Notes: generated by a model from the letters alone, not told the origin. Counted from the stretch's first letter, positions 52,201-62,715 are shown. The stretch is DNA of 64,000 nucleotides from Octopus sinensis (GCF_006345805.1 NC_043007.1:44020001-44084000); one strand, 5' to 3'. Made by a program: numbers and translations.

Positions 52201-55200
52201 GCATGGCCGCAGTCAAATGACTGAAACAAGTAAAAAAAAAAAAATAAAAATACCAACACAGTCTTCTCTCCTGCATGCTACATCTGATGCCCCGTAAACC
52301 CAGTTTCTCTCTCAAATCACTTACACTCTGTCATGCATGTACACTGACATTACCCATCCAGTGGAACATACTGGCTTTATTTCTGTCAAACCTTCACATG
52401 TCCTCAGCAGTCACATGTAGCATAGCTGTCCGTACAAGGTATCATATAATCAGCCTTTCACTCTGAGGGAGAGGCTCTTCATTACTTTCAACACTTTCAA
52501 TGAAAAATACCCAAGACTAATTACTACATACCCTGTGGAGTTTATATGACTTGTTACTAAGAATATATGTATGTATGTGTGTGTGTATGTATATATGTGT
52601 ATGTATGTATGTATATATATATAAATAATAGTTATCGCCATACTAATATGGCATTCTTATAAAAATAAGAATAAAGCTGTCCGCTTATTAGCTCCATGAG
52701 GCCATCGCCTTAAGTTAGCTATTTGATACACAAACTGTATCCATATAACCTTCGAACAAGGGAGGTCAGTCGCTCCACACTACTTGACCGGTAGCTGCCG
52801 GTCAAGTAGTGTGGAGCGACTGACCTCCCTTGTTCGAAGGTTATATGGATACAGTTTGTGTATCAAATAGCTAACTTAAGGCGATGGCCTCATGGAGCTA
52901 ATAAGCGGACAGCTTTATTCTTATTTTTATAAGAATGCCATATTAGTATGGCGATAACTATTATTTTCCGGGAACGCTGCCGCTGTTCTCTTTTAGAGAG
53001 ACTTAGTAATTTTAATATTTCTATTATTGAAAACAAGTGGATGTATTCCACCGAAACTAGGTAAATAAAACCATCGAACAAAGATTGTCGGAAGCGACAC
53101 CTACTGGCTGGCTACGCTGCATTGAAAAGGGGCAATACCCCGAAACGCGTCTGTAGCTGCCGGTCAAGTAGTGTGGAGCGACTGACCTCCCTTGTTCGAA
53201 GGTTATATGGATACAGTTTGTGTATCAAATAGCTAACTTAAGGCGATGGCCTCATGGAGCTAATAAGCGGACAGCTTTATTCTTATTTTTATAAGAATGC
53301 CATATTAGTATGGCGATAACTATTATTTTCCGGGAACGCTGCCGCTGTTCTCTTTTAGAGAGACTTAGTAATTTTAATATTTCTATTATATATATATATA
53401 TATATATACATACACACACATCTGATAAGTATGAATACCTATGTGTGTGTGTATCTCTCTCTCTTTCTCTATCTCTCAATAATGATTTCAAATATTGGCA
53501 CAAGGCCAGCAATTCTGGAGTGGTTAAGTCAATTGCATTAAACCCAGTGCTCAACTAATACTTATTTTATCAACCCTGAAATGATGAAAGGTAAAGTCAA
53601 TCTCAGTGAAATTTGAACTCAGAATGTGAAGATAGACATGTCACTAAGCACTTTGTCTGGCATGCTAATGACTGCACCAGCTCACTGCTGCTGTGGCAGT
53701 GGTGGTAGCAATAACATTAACAACAACAACAACAATAATAATAATAATATTGCAGATAACAACAGTAAATACTTACAGGAAACCGCATTCTTTGTTGGAA
53801 TGTGGGTAGGTGAACGTTATGTTCAATTCAAACGGACTCTGTATAGAGAGAAATTGAAATATTAAGATAAAATGACAGCCCAAATAGAAGTTGAGGGAAC
53901 TTCAATGCATTGGCTTAATCTGCTACAAATAGCAACAGAAACCTCCCTCGGAGTGCAACCTTAAAGTAAGGACAAACACATTTTATCATATAGTCCTAGG
54001 TAAATTATGAATGGAAAAAAATATATTAATGGTACTTATTCTGTTTAGTTCTGGCAGTTTTGGTTCAGAAGGTAGAAACATGCAGTACCATATTAAGTCT
54101 ACTACTACTCCACTCTTTTTCTCGACAACCACCCTTTGATTCAATGAGAGAACCTCAACAGAGAGTGGGGTACAACTTTGTGACAGAGAAAAGGCAGCAT
54201 CTTTTAGGATTATGGTGTTGTCCTTGTGATGAATAACAATGCTTCACTTCACTATAATACTGATTTTAAATTTTAGCACAAAGCCAGCAAGTTCGGGGTA
54301 GAGGACAAGTCAATTATATCCACCCCAGTGCTCAACTGGTACTTATTTTATCAAACCCAAAATGAAGAAAGGCAAAGTCGACCTCAGTGGAATTTGAACA
54401 GACATAATGCTGCTAAGCATTTTGCCCAGCATGCAAATGATTCTGCCAACCCACTGCTTTCACTTCACTAAAATATTGGTTTCAAATTCTGGTACAAGGC
54501 CAGCGAGTTCAAAGGAGGTAAGTTGACTACATCAACCCCAGTGTTCAACTGGTATTTACTTTATCAGCCACAAAAAGACAAAAGAAACAAATAACTGGAG
54601 CCTGATGCATCTTTCCAATTACCAGTTGCAGTCAAACTGTCTAACCCATGGAAAACAGATGCTAAATGATGATGATCACAGAATAGTCACAGAAATCTGA
54701 TTGATCAACAACCTACCTTGCAAAGGTTTGGAAAAATACTAAGAGGTTACTATAATCATCATCATTGTTTTAACATCTACTTTTCCATGCTCCCATAGGT
54801 CAGGCGAGAGTATGTTGAAGCAAAGTTTTTCTACAGCCAGATGTCCTTCGTATCACCAAGTCTCACTTTGCATCCAAGAGAAGTAATAATTTCCCAGTCT
54901 TTTGAACAGCTAACAACTCGGTCATGTTTTATGTCAAGAATTGAAAGCTAATGACACAAGCAAGAAGCTATTGCTTACAAACAAGTAAACATGATGAAAA
55001 CATGCAAGCACACGTGAAGACAAACACCCACACACACAAATATACATACAGGGGTTGGACAAAATAATGGAAACACCTAGCATCATAATTTTGAAATATC
55101 TATAAAACCGTCAAAAGCTTGTTTAATTTTATGTTTTTTGATTTGTTATTAGTGTTGTTTACTATGTTTTGCTAAAATTGCTGTTTCTAGTGAAGATGAA

Positions 55201-56652
55201 CATCTTATCTGGCCACCACAGTCCCCAGATCTCAATATTATTGAACATTTATGGTGCATTTTAGAAAAACAGGTAAGGAGTCAATATCCTCCACATTCAC
55301 CACTACAAGAACTGGAGACTGTTTTAGCTGAAAAATGGACAAAAATTCCTTTGGAACAATTCAAACTTTGTCCATACCTCGTAGAATTCATGCAGTAATT
55401 ACTGCCAAAGGCGATCCAACTCATATTAAAATAAATTTGTTTGAAATTTTAAGGTGTTTCCATTATGTTGACCAACACCTGTACATACATCTTTCAAGAA
55501 TCATATAGACTTGTAGGACCAGTTTCTCAGTTTCCATAGCATATATATTCCCCACCTGGATGGGACACCTGTCCATCACAGGGTTACTCATTTTTACCAG
55601 CTGAGCAGACTGGAGCAATGTGAAATGAAATGTTTTGCCCAAGAACACATGTTGCCCAGTCCAGGAATCAAAACCATAACTATAAGTACAACACCCTAGC
55701 CACTAAGCCATGCACCTCCACCCATACAGACATAGTATTATTTAAAACAGTTTGATTTGGCTCTGTGCATCTCAAACTTTTGTAGGCATCTTATAGAAAC
55801 TAAGCTCATTCAGGATCAGAATACCAAATATATATGACTGGCTTTTTTTTTCAGTTTCCATCTATCAAATCCATTCATGAGGTATTGATCGATTCAGAGA
55901 TATAGTAAAAGACTTGCTCAAGGGGTTGCAAAGTAAGATTGAACCTGAAACCACATGGATAGAAAGCAAACTTCTCAACCGCATTGCCATGCCCACACCT
56001 AGTACATTCATGGAAATTCTTTTGAACATAAAGTTACCTTCATATTGAAAGGAGCAGCCAAAGCATCTGCTAATATTGGTCCATTCTGCCATTTCCATAC
56101 TTCTTTGACAGCAGGGATGTCATCATCTGAGATACCATGGTACATAGCACTATTGCAATAATAGAAAAAAAAGCAAGATAATAACTGAGTATTTCAAAAA
56201 CAAAAACGAATTCTTAAACACATGAAATAATCTGCTGCCCAGAGAAGGGACTCTCTATATAGCCACTTGAGCTCTTAAGGAAATCTCTTTGAGGTTGTGT
56301 ACACCAACAAGAAAGACTCTGTCATCTCTCAAACCATAAGACAGCTTTTATATAGTCACTTGTTCTGCTAAAAATAACAGCCAAATCTCCCTTGAAATCA
56401 AACTTTACAATTTTAAATAATATTATATATATGTATGATATATATATATATATATATATTATATATTATATATATTATATATATATATATAATATATATA
56501 TGTATATAATATATGTATATATATATATATATATATGTATATAGGTATATGTATAGGGTATATATATATATATATATGTATATATATTAATTATATGTAT
56601 ATATATATATATAATATAGATATATGTATATATATATATATAATATTATATA

Positions 56653-56691
<39 letters not shown>

Positions 56692-56819
56692 GTATATATA
56701 TATATATATATATATATCTATAATTATATAGATATATTATATATATGTATATATATATATATATATATATACTATAATATGTATATATAGATCTAGATAT
56801 ATATATATATATGTAATAT

Positions 56820-56887
<68 letters not shown>

Positions 56888-57024
56888 ATATATATATTAA
56901 TATATATATATATATAATATATATATATAATATATATATGTATATTATATATGGTATATAATATATATATATTATGTATATATGTTATATAATATATTAT
57001 ATATATATATATATATATTATATA

Positions 57025-57066
<42 letters not shown>

Positions 57067-57097
57067 GGTTAGTATATAATATATATATATAGTATAT

Positions 57098-57180
<83 letters not shown>

Positions 57181-57336
57181 ATATATATATATATGTTATA
57201 TATATATATATATTATATATATATATATACTATATATATATATTGTATTATATTATATATAGTATATATATATGTATATATATATATAGATATATATATA
57301 ATATAGTGTATCTATATATATATATATATATATATC

Positions 57337-57403
<67 letters not shown>

Positions 57404-57583
57404 TATATGTATATTATATTAATATATATATGATATATTATATGTAATATATATAGTATATATATATATTATATATTATATATATATATATATATAATAT
57501 GTATATATTATATATATATATATATAATAATATTATATATATTATATATAATATATAATTGTATATATATATATATATATAAT

Positions 57584-57616
<33 letters not shown>

Positions 57617-57620
57617 ATGT

Positions 57621-57667
<47 letters not shown>

Positions 57668-57754
57668 TAGATATATATTATATATATATATATATGTAAT
57701 TATATATATATATAGATATATTATATATATATATAATATATATATATATATGTA

Positions 57755-57806
<52 letters not shown>

Positions 57807-57843
57807 TAATATATATATTATAATATATATAATATATATAGTA

Positions 57844-57905
<62 letters not shown>

Positions 57906-57950
57906 GAATATATATATATATATATTATATATATATATATATATGTTATG

Positions 57951-57986
<36 letters not shown>

Positions 57987-57987
57987 G

Positions 57988-58059
<72 letters not shown>

Positions 58060-58079
58060 TATATATATATATATATATA

Positions 58080-58124
<45 letters not shown>

Positions 58125-59064
58125 GAGCAATAAAGATTCAAGTTAATTTAAAAAATTTACTTGAATATGGTACCTAACTTAGATGCACCAAAAAAAACAA
58201 TACTGATTTAAATACAGTAATGTGGGGTGATTATAAGCGAGAAAGAAGCAACAAGAATGGATAGGTTTTTAGTACGATCGTTTCATACAAGGACAGGTTT
58301 TATTAAAAGTTGCAAAGATTACAGCATATAAACGAGTCCCGTACTCTCAGCATAAATACATGTAAGTTCTCTAGACATCCTAGTGTTTGAGGCTATACTC
58401 ATGAAGTAATGTAGATAATTAAACAGATTTCTAAAGTTCATTAAAGTTCCTTAAATGATGTATAGTCTTATACAGAATTTTAAAAAAGTTTTGATAGCAT
58501 CACAGAGAAGGTGACCTAATCCATATGAATTTCCATAGATATGATGAGGGATTATATACTCACAGAAGACAAATTTATCCATTGTTATTAGCATTACAGA
58601 GAGGGTGAATTAATCCTTTGTATATATGCACAGATTCCAATGGTGTAGATGTAAAAATCTGTGCATAATACAAAGGATTAATTCACCCTCTCTGTAATGC
58701 TAATAACAATGGATAAATTTGTCTTCTGTGAGTATATAATCCCTCATCATATCTATGGAAATTCATATGGATTAGGTCACCTTCTCTGTGATGCTATCAA
58801 AACTTTTTTAAAATTCTGTGATAAGACTATACATCATCTTTAAGGAACTTTAATGAACTTTAGAAATCTGTTTAATTATCTACATTACTTCATGAGTATA
58901 GCCTCAAACACTAGGATGTCTAGAGAACTTACATGTATTTTAGCTGATGAGTACGGGACTCGTTTATATGCTGTAATCTTTGCAACTTTTAATAAAACCT
59001 GTCCTTGTATGAAACGATCGTACTAAAAACTATCCATTCTTGTTGCTTCTTTCTCGTATATATG

Positions 59065-59109
<45 letters not shown>

Positions 59110-59197
59110 GTATATATTATATATATATATTATATATATATGTATATATATATATGTATACTATATATATATATATATATATATTATATGTTATATA

Positions 59198-59258
<61 letters not shown>

Positions 59259-59555
59259 TATATATACTATATATATATATATTATATATATATATGTATA
59301 TATATATGTATTATATATCTATATATAGTAATATATATATATGTATAATATATATATGGTATATATATATAATATATCTATATATGTATATATATGTATA
59401 TATTATATATGATATATATGTATATATATATATATTATATATGTATATGTATATCTGTATATATTGTATATATGTATATGTATATATGTATGTATATATG
59501 TATATGTTATATGTATATGTATATAGATATATATGTATATATATATGTATATATG

Positions 59556-59586
<31 letters not shown>

Positions 59587-59873
59587 GTATATATAATATA
59601 TGTATATATATATATATGTATATATATATTGTATGTATAATATATGTTTATAATATATGTTATGTATATATATATATGTGTATATTATATGTATATATAT
59701 ATATATATGTATATATATATGTGTATATATATATATGTGTATATATATATATGTATATTATATATATATATATGTGTGTATATATAGATATATGTATCTA
59801 TATGTATATGTATATATATTATATGTAGTATATATATATGTATATATATATATGATATATATATATGTATATC

Positions 59874-59909
<36 letters not shown>

Positions 59910-59915
59910 TGATAT

Positions 59916-59965
<50 letters not shown>

Positions 59966-59973
59966 ATATATAT

Positions 59974-60028
<55 letters not shown>

Positions 60029-60060
60029 TATGTTCTATATATATATGTATTATATATATG

Positions 60061-60134
<74 letters not shown>

Positions 60135-60850
60135 TATATATATATAATAACGTATATATATATATATAATAATATATATAATAGATATATATATATATAT
60201 ATATATGTATATCATATATATATCTAATATATATAATATAATATAGTGTTGTATGTATGTATATATATATATATATATCACATTTACAATATATTCATAT
60301 TATATCTATAATCCTTTCTACTAAAGGCAAAGGTCTGAAATTTAGTGGGAGGGGACTAGTTAATTACATAGACACCAGTGTTTCACTAGTACTTAATTTA
60401 TCAACCACGAAAGGATGAAAGGCAAAGATGACCTCACCAGAATTTGAACTCAGAACGTCAAGGTAGACAAAATGCCGCAAAGCATTTTGCACGGTATGCA
60501 AACAATTCTGCTTGCTCACCACCTTATATATATAATATTTATATTATATTCTGGTGGTAGAACAATGTAGTTGACAGGGCCATTAGGGAAATGAAACAGG
60601 CATGGAAGGACTAGAAGAACAGTGGTAGCAGGGAACTGTATCAGACTACCAGAAAGGAAGCTAGGAGACAGGTTTACTTAGCCAGAGGTGAAGCAGATAA
60701 GAAAAAATTTGCCAATGTTCTGTGTCGTGAGGACCAAAGACTTGAAGTGTTTCGTGTTGCAAGACAGTGTATGAGAAAGAATCATGATGTCATAGGAGAG
60801 AAATGTGTCCATATGGATGATGGCTCACTTGCATTTAATGAGGCTGCATT

Positions 60851-60889
<39 letters not shown>

Positions 60890-61492
60890 TATAGTATATA
60901 TTTATATTATATATATTTTCCATACTATCAGGTTAAACAAATATATTATTGAGGCATTGGGGCAGTGCATTTTACAATTGGAGTGGCTTCCTCATCTTGA
61001 TTGTTGTTTTCACTACGTCTTGGCCTTTTTCAAATGTCTTGTGATTCACCTTAGTGCCATGCCTGGGTTTGAACATAGAACCCTGAGGTGACTGCACTGC
61101 ATTAACCAATGCCTTTATCTACTACGCTATGCCTGTAAGCAGTGACATCAATGGAGGTTTAAAAGTCTTAAAAATTCACTCAGTCACTGCCTACTGTCAT
61201 AGCATAGTGAATAAAAGCATTGGTTAATAGTCACCTAGAAGTTCTGAGTTCAATCCCAGGCAAGGCACTAAGGTTAATCATAAAACACATGAAGAAGACA
61301 GGAGCGTACACAGCCAAAACATAGTGAAAGCAACAATCAAGATGAGAAATCCAATCCAACAACTGTAAACAGTGTACACTTTTTTATAATGTATAATTAC
61401 ACAAATACATATACACACATATTAGTTTCAAAATGTATTATCATAAAAACTACTTACGCAAATTCATCTCTTAAATGAAGGTAAACTGAATG
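30801..61492 (-). CDS. PUS10: tRNA pseudouridine synthase Pus10, 5'-partial: 15 exons, 1131 bp (376 aa + stop)
   Basis: Spliced translation is collinear with human PUS10 as I recall it: GRYNKYSR, catalytic [59 protein letters not shown]. All junction phases are consistent. Confidence 0.95.
31935..32310 (-). mobile_element. CR1/Jockey-group LINE 3' remnant
   Basis: [15 protein letters not shown]...F*PL followed by a segment resembling the typical LINE C-terminus; decayed. Confidence 0.5.
33158..33257 (-). CDS. PUS10: PUS10 exon ([33 protein letters not shown])
   Basis: ttatcag| ... |gtaaga; [13 protein letters not shown] motif. Confidence 0.96.
33258..35113 (-). other. U12-type (minor spliceosome) GT-AG intron of PUS10
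   Basis: 5'ss GTATCCTTTT; branch-point-like TTCTTTAAT (33269..33277) just upstream of the AG; no polypyrimidine tract. Confidence 0.85.
34392..34666 (-). mobile_element. Penelope-like element GIY-YIG endonuclease fragment, inserted in a SINE within the U12 intron
   Basis: [17 protein letters not shown]...[24 protein letters not shown], then a frameshift, then [20 protein letters not shown]: Cys-rich linker plus (V/G)IY-YxG motif. Confidence 0.8.
35114..35212 (-). CDS. PUS10: PUS10 exon ([33 protein letters not shown])
   Basis: catttcag| ... |gtatcctttt (U12-type donor). Confidence 0.95.
35895..36098. mobile_element. Mariner-derived MITE
   Basis: Ends gctgaaaagttcctgg ... ccaggaactttatagcaccc, TA flanks, no coding sequence. 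Confidence 0.6.
36531..36574 (-). CDS. PUS10: PUS10 exon ([15 protein letters not shown])
   Basis: ggttctag| ... |gtaagt. Confidence 0.94.
36713..36830 (-). CDS. PUS10: PUS10 exon ([39 protein letters not shown])
   Basis: attgcag| ... |gtgagt. Confidence 0.94.
38782..38837 (-). CDS. PUS10: PUS10 exon ([19 protein letters not shown])
   Basis: ttcttttag| ... |gtaagt; VRDLQ motif. Confidence 0.93.
39418..39494 (-). CDS. PUS10: PUS10 exon ([25 protein letters not shown])
   Basis: ttctgtag| ... |gtaaga. Confidence 0.94.
40985..41041 (-). CDS. PUS10: PUS10 catalytic exon ([19 protein letters not shown])
   Basis: cattgcag| ... |gtaagt; the GREDVD motif contains the catalytic Asp. Confidence 0.96.
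41225..41350 (-). CDS. PUS10: PUS10 exon ([41 protein letters not shown])
   Basis: gtatttcag| ... |gtaagt; GRYNKYSR and QTPW motifs. Confidence 0.95.
41707..41792 (-). CDS. PUS10: PUS10 exon ([29 protein letters not shown])
   Basis: tttttag| ... |gtatgt; HDSVFVAG motif. Confidence 0.92.
41968..43130 (+). mobile_element. Possible non-autonomous Helitron 5' part
   Basis: A|TCTCTTATTATAAAAG start resembling the other Helitron 5' ends, with intact CpGs; no CTRR end found. Confidence 0.3.
43139..43534 (+). mobile_element. Non-autonomous Helitron
   Basis: A|TC start, subterminal hairpin cccgagcaacgccggg (43507..43522), CTAG|T end, internal ~65-bp direct repeat. Confidence 0.88.
43574..44416 (+). 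mobile_element. Internally deleted Tc1/maT-like transposon
   Basis: TA|CAGGGT...ACCCTG|TA; transposase C-terminal remnant [10 protein letters not shown]...[10 protein letters not shown]. Confidence 0.8.
44981..45177 (-). mobile_element. ~200-bp TA-flanked element with a hammerhead-like motif (45080..45117); sister copy at 25420..25620, relative at 23604..23820
   Basis: Two copies share the same boundary (aacggg..) after a TA tract. Minus-strand fold: UCUUU CUGUUGA A GAGC-GUAG-GCUC GAA ACGU U AAAGA. Confidence 0.6.
45883..46782 (+). mobile_element. 5'-truncated RTE LINE of the same family, with an internal ~95-bp tandem duplication (~46255..46446)
   Basis: Near-identical to 16305..17257 ([22 protein letters not shown]); (GAT)n tail. 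Confidence 0.92.
46954..47027 (-). CDS. PUS10: PUS10 exon ([25 protein letters not shown])
   Basis: ttctttcag| ... |gtaagt; similar to human VFTRMAVMKAL. Confidence 0.85.
48142..48455 (+). mobile_element. hAT(Charlie)-like MITE fragment inserted in an RTE RT remnant (47930..48600)
   Basis: Left end CAGTGGTTCTCAACC; no matching right TIR seen. Confidence 0.4.
49052..49097 (-). CDS. PUS10: PUS10 exon ([15 protein letters not shown])
   Basis: cttcttcag| ... |gtgatt; phases fit both neighbours. Confidence 0.8.
49460..50295 (-). mobile_element. RTE 3' fragment (RT C-terminus plus tail)
   Basis: [21 protein letters not shown]...GRGKPRKTW on the minus strand, ending in the (CAT)n tail. Confidence 0.8.
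51330..52500 (-). mobile_element. RTE 3' fragment interrupted by a SINE (51840..52232)
   Basis: RTE-type sequence resumes after the SINE A-tail at ~52250. Confidence 0.7.
51840..52232 (+). mobile_element. tRNA-derived SINE family A, full copy (others: 8490..8924 -, 26165..26507 +, 48636..49030 +; partial 1576..1745, 20635..20800, 23417..23590, 62600..62720)
   Basis: Head gcaggagtggctgtNtggtaagtagc with B-box-like ggttcagtccc, internal TA/TG microsatellite, tail gaaacaagtaaaa(gagtaaaa)n; copies are near-identical. Confidence 0.85.
52623..53389 (+). mobile_element. Retrozyme/Penelope-pLTR-like non-coding element: 169-bp inversion plus 1.65 tandem copies of a 362-bp unit, in a (TA)n site
   Basis: 52623..52791 is the exact reverse complement of 52798..52966; 52791..53027 equals 53153..53389; a hammerhead sits at the unit junction. 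Confidence 0.8.
53116..53157 (+). ncRNA. Minimal type I hammerhead ribozyme (U3-A8 variant)
   Basis: GCUGCA UUGAAAA GGGG-CAAUA-CCCC GAA ACGCGU C^ UGUAGC: stems I and II pair, stem III is palindromic, GUC cleavage triplet. Confidence 0.75.
53470..53690 (-). mobile_element. tRNA-derived SINE family B (others: 3510..3645, 5765..5965, 31735..31930, 33710..33880, 54260..54580, 60315..60525 on -; 38900..39110 on +)
   Basis: Recurrent aaggatgaaaggcaaagtcgacc..gaatttgaactcagaa; reads ctgagttcaaat (B-box-like) on the element strand. Confidence 0.8.
53777..53838 (-). CDS. PUS10: PUS10 exon ([21 protein letters not shown])
   Basis: ctatacag| ... |gtaagt; similar to human SLFEVSVVFAHPETVEDCHFL. Confidence 0.85.
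55049..55481 (+). mobile_element. Internally deleted Tc1-like transposon
   Basis: TA|caggggttggacaaaataatggaaacacct ... aggtgtttccattatgttgaccaacacctg|TA; [15 protein letters not shown] remnant. Confidence 0.88.
56038..56149 (-). CDS. PUS10: PUS10 exon ([37 protein letters not shown])
   Basis: caatag| ... |gtaact; similar to human DDIVQLKEAYKW. Confidence 0.88.
56420..58122. repeat. Imperfect (TA)n tract, ~1.7 kb
   Basis: Direct inspection; source of the spurious IY-repeat ORFs. Confidence 0.97.
58123..59056 (-). mobile_element. Penelope-pLTR-like element with a ~400-bp foldback (58238..58636 / 58656..59056), between long (TA)n tracts
   Basis: Arms are reverse complements apart from small indels; 19-nt spacer; a hammerhead motif in each arm. 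Confidence 0.6.
58938..59028 (+). ncRNA. Type I hammerhead ribozyme with extended stem II
   Basis: UUUUAG CUGAUGA GUACGGGAC..~41 nt..GUCCUUGUAU GAA ACGAUCGU A^ CUAAAA. The mirror copy at ~58267..58356 (-) lacks one core base. Confidence 0.7.
59057..60290. repeat. Imperfect (TA)n/(TATG)n tract, ~1.2 kb
   Basis: Direct inspection. Confidence 0.97.
60545..60850 (+). mobile_element. Internal RTE fragment
   Basis: Similar to 14545..14840 ([24 protein letters not shown]). Confidence 0.8.
60962..61378. repeat. Head-to-head pair of a tRNA-derived SINE-like sequence (imperfect inverted repeat, 36-nt spacer)
   Basis: 60962..61146 and 61183..61378 are diverged reverse complements; B-box-like gagttcaatcc at 61246..61256. 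Confidence 0.65.
61458..61492 (-). CDS. PUS10: PUS10 exon ([12 protein letters not shown])
   Basis: ttgcttttcag| ... |gtaagt, 35 bp; matches human HAAWLLVKQEM position; phase fits the next exon. Confidence 0.7.
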
Positions 61493-62035
61493 CTGAAAAG
61501 CAACAATAATTTCTATTCATTAATTCTATATATATATTTATTGTTCTTTAGAATTCACATTTTATTTATCATTTTATTTTTAACATTAATTATTAAGACA
61601 ACAGCTTTTAATAGTCAGGTCACAAGAATATACAGAGAGAGTGAGAGACATAAGGTGGTAAAGGGGGGGAAGTCAACATCACCAATTACTAAAACAACCA
61701 TTTATAGTCAGGTAATACTTAGTTCTCAGCAACCAAATTTCAAAACAAACCTCCTACATGGTCACTCAACTTACTAGAAATAGCAGCCACAACTCACTAA
61801 AGTCACAACCCATTTTCTTAGAACATATTAGGTAGAGCACTTTAGATAATATAGTCCGAGGTAAACTAGGCCGAAAAAGAAAGGGAAGAAAAAAAAGTAC
61901 AAATTTTACAGCTGGAATGCTTTTGATCATAAATCTGTTTGACCAGAACTGATCTGGAGGTAAACATTAATAATGGTTATCATGTTTTTCAAATCACTTG
62001 ATATACATAGCCTAATACTGTTTGTCCAATTCTGC

Positions 62036-62074
<39 letters not shown>

Positions 62075-62715
62075 GCGTGGTGTACATGTGTGTGTATGTG
62101 GTGTGTGCATGTGCACATAACTGTACCTATGTCTGCATGTTTTGTGTTTGTTTATTACAGCTTAGCAATCAGCACTGGTTTGTGTATGTACACATGACTT
62201 AGCAGTTCAGCAAAATAAGAGCAATAGAATAAATGCCAGATTTAAAAAATACTAGTGTTTATCTCATTGGCTAAACCTTCAAGGTGATGCTCCAGCATGG
62301 TGTCAATCCAATGACTGAGACAAAATAGAAGGGAAAAAAAACAATAGCAAACAATCATCTCCAAGCTTATAGAGATTGTGACATAGCTTCAAGGAGATGG
62401 ATGACAGATAAGGCTGAGCTCTGGACAAAATACTTTGTAGTAATTAGTTTCATACAATTATGTTCTGAGTTAAACTTCTAGTATGGATGAAATTTTCTCT
62501 TACAGCTCCAGGGTTTATGTTAATTTCTTTTCATAAGATGTGCAAGTAATTAATAATTAGAGCTAAAGAAATGTCTTACTGAGCCATAAAAGCTATTGGA
62601 GTCACATTGTGTGGAATCTTGAACAAGTGTCTTTTACTATAGCACCAGGCTGACCAAAGCTATGTGAATGGATTTGGTAGATGGAAACTAAAAGCCTGTC
62701 GTATATATACATACT

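Noticed and set aside
56535-60281. Many long Ile/Tyr-rich ORFs
   Set aside because: They are translations of (TA)n microsatellite.
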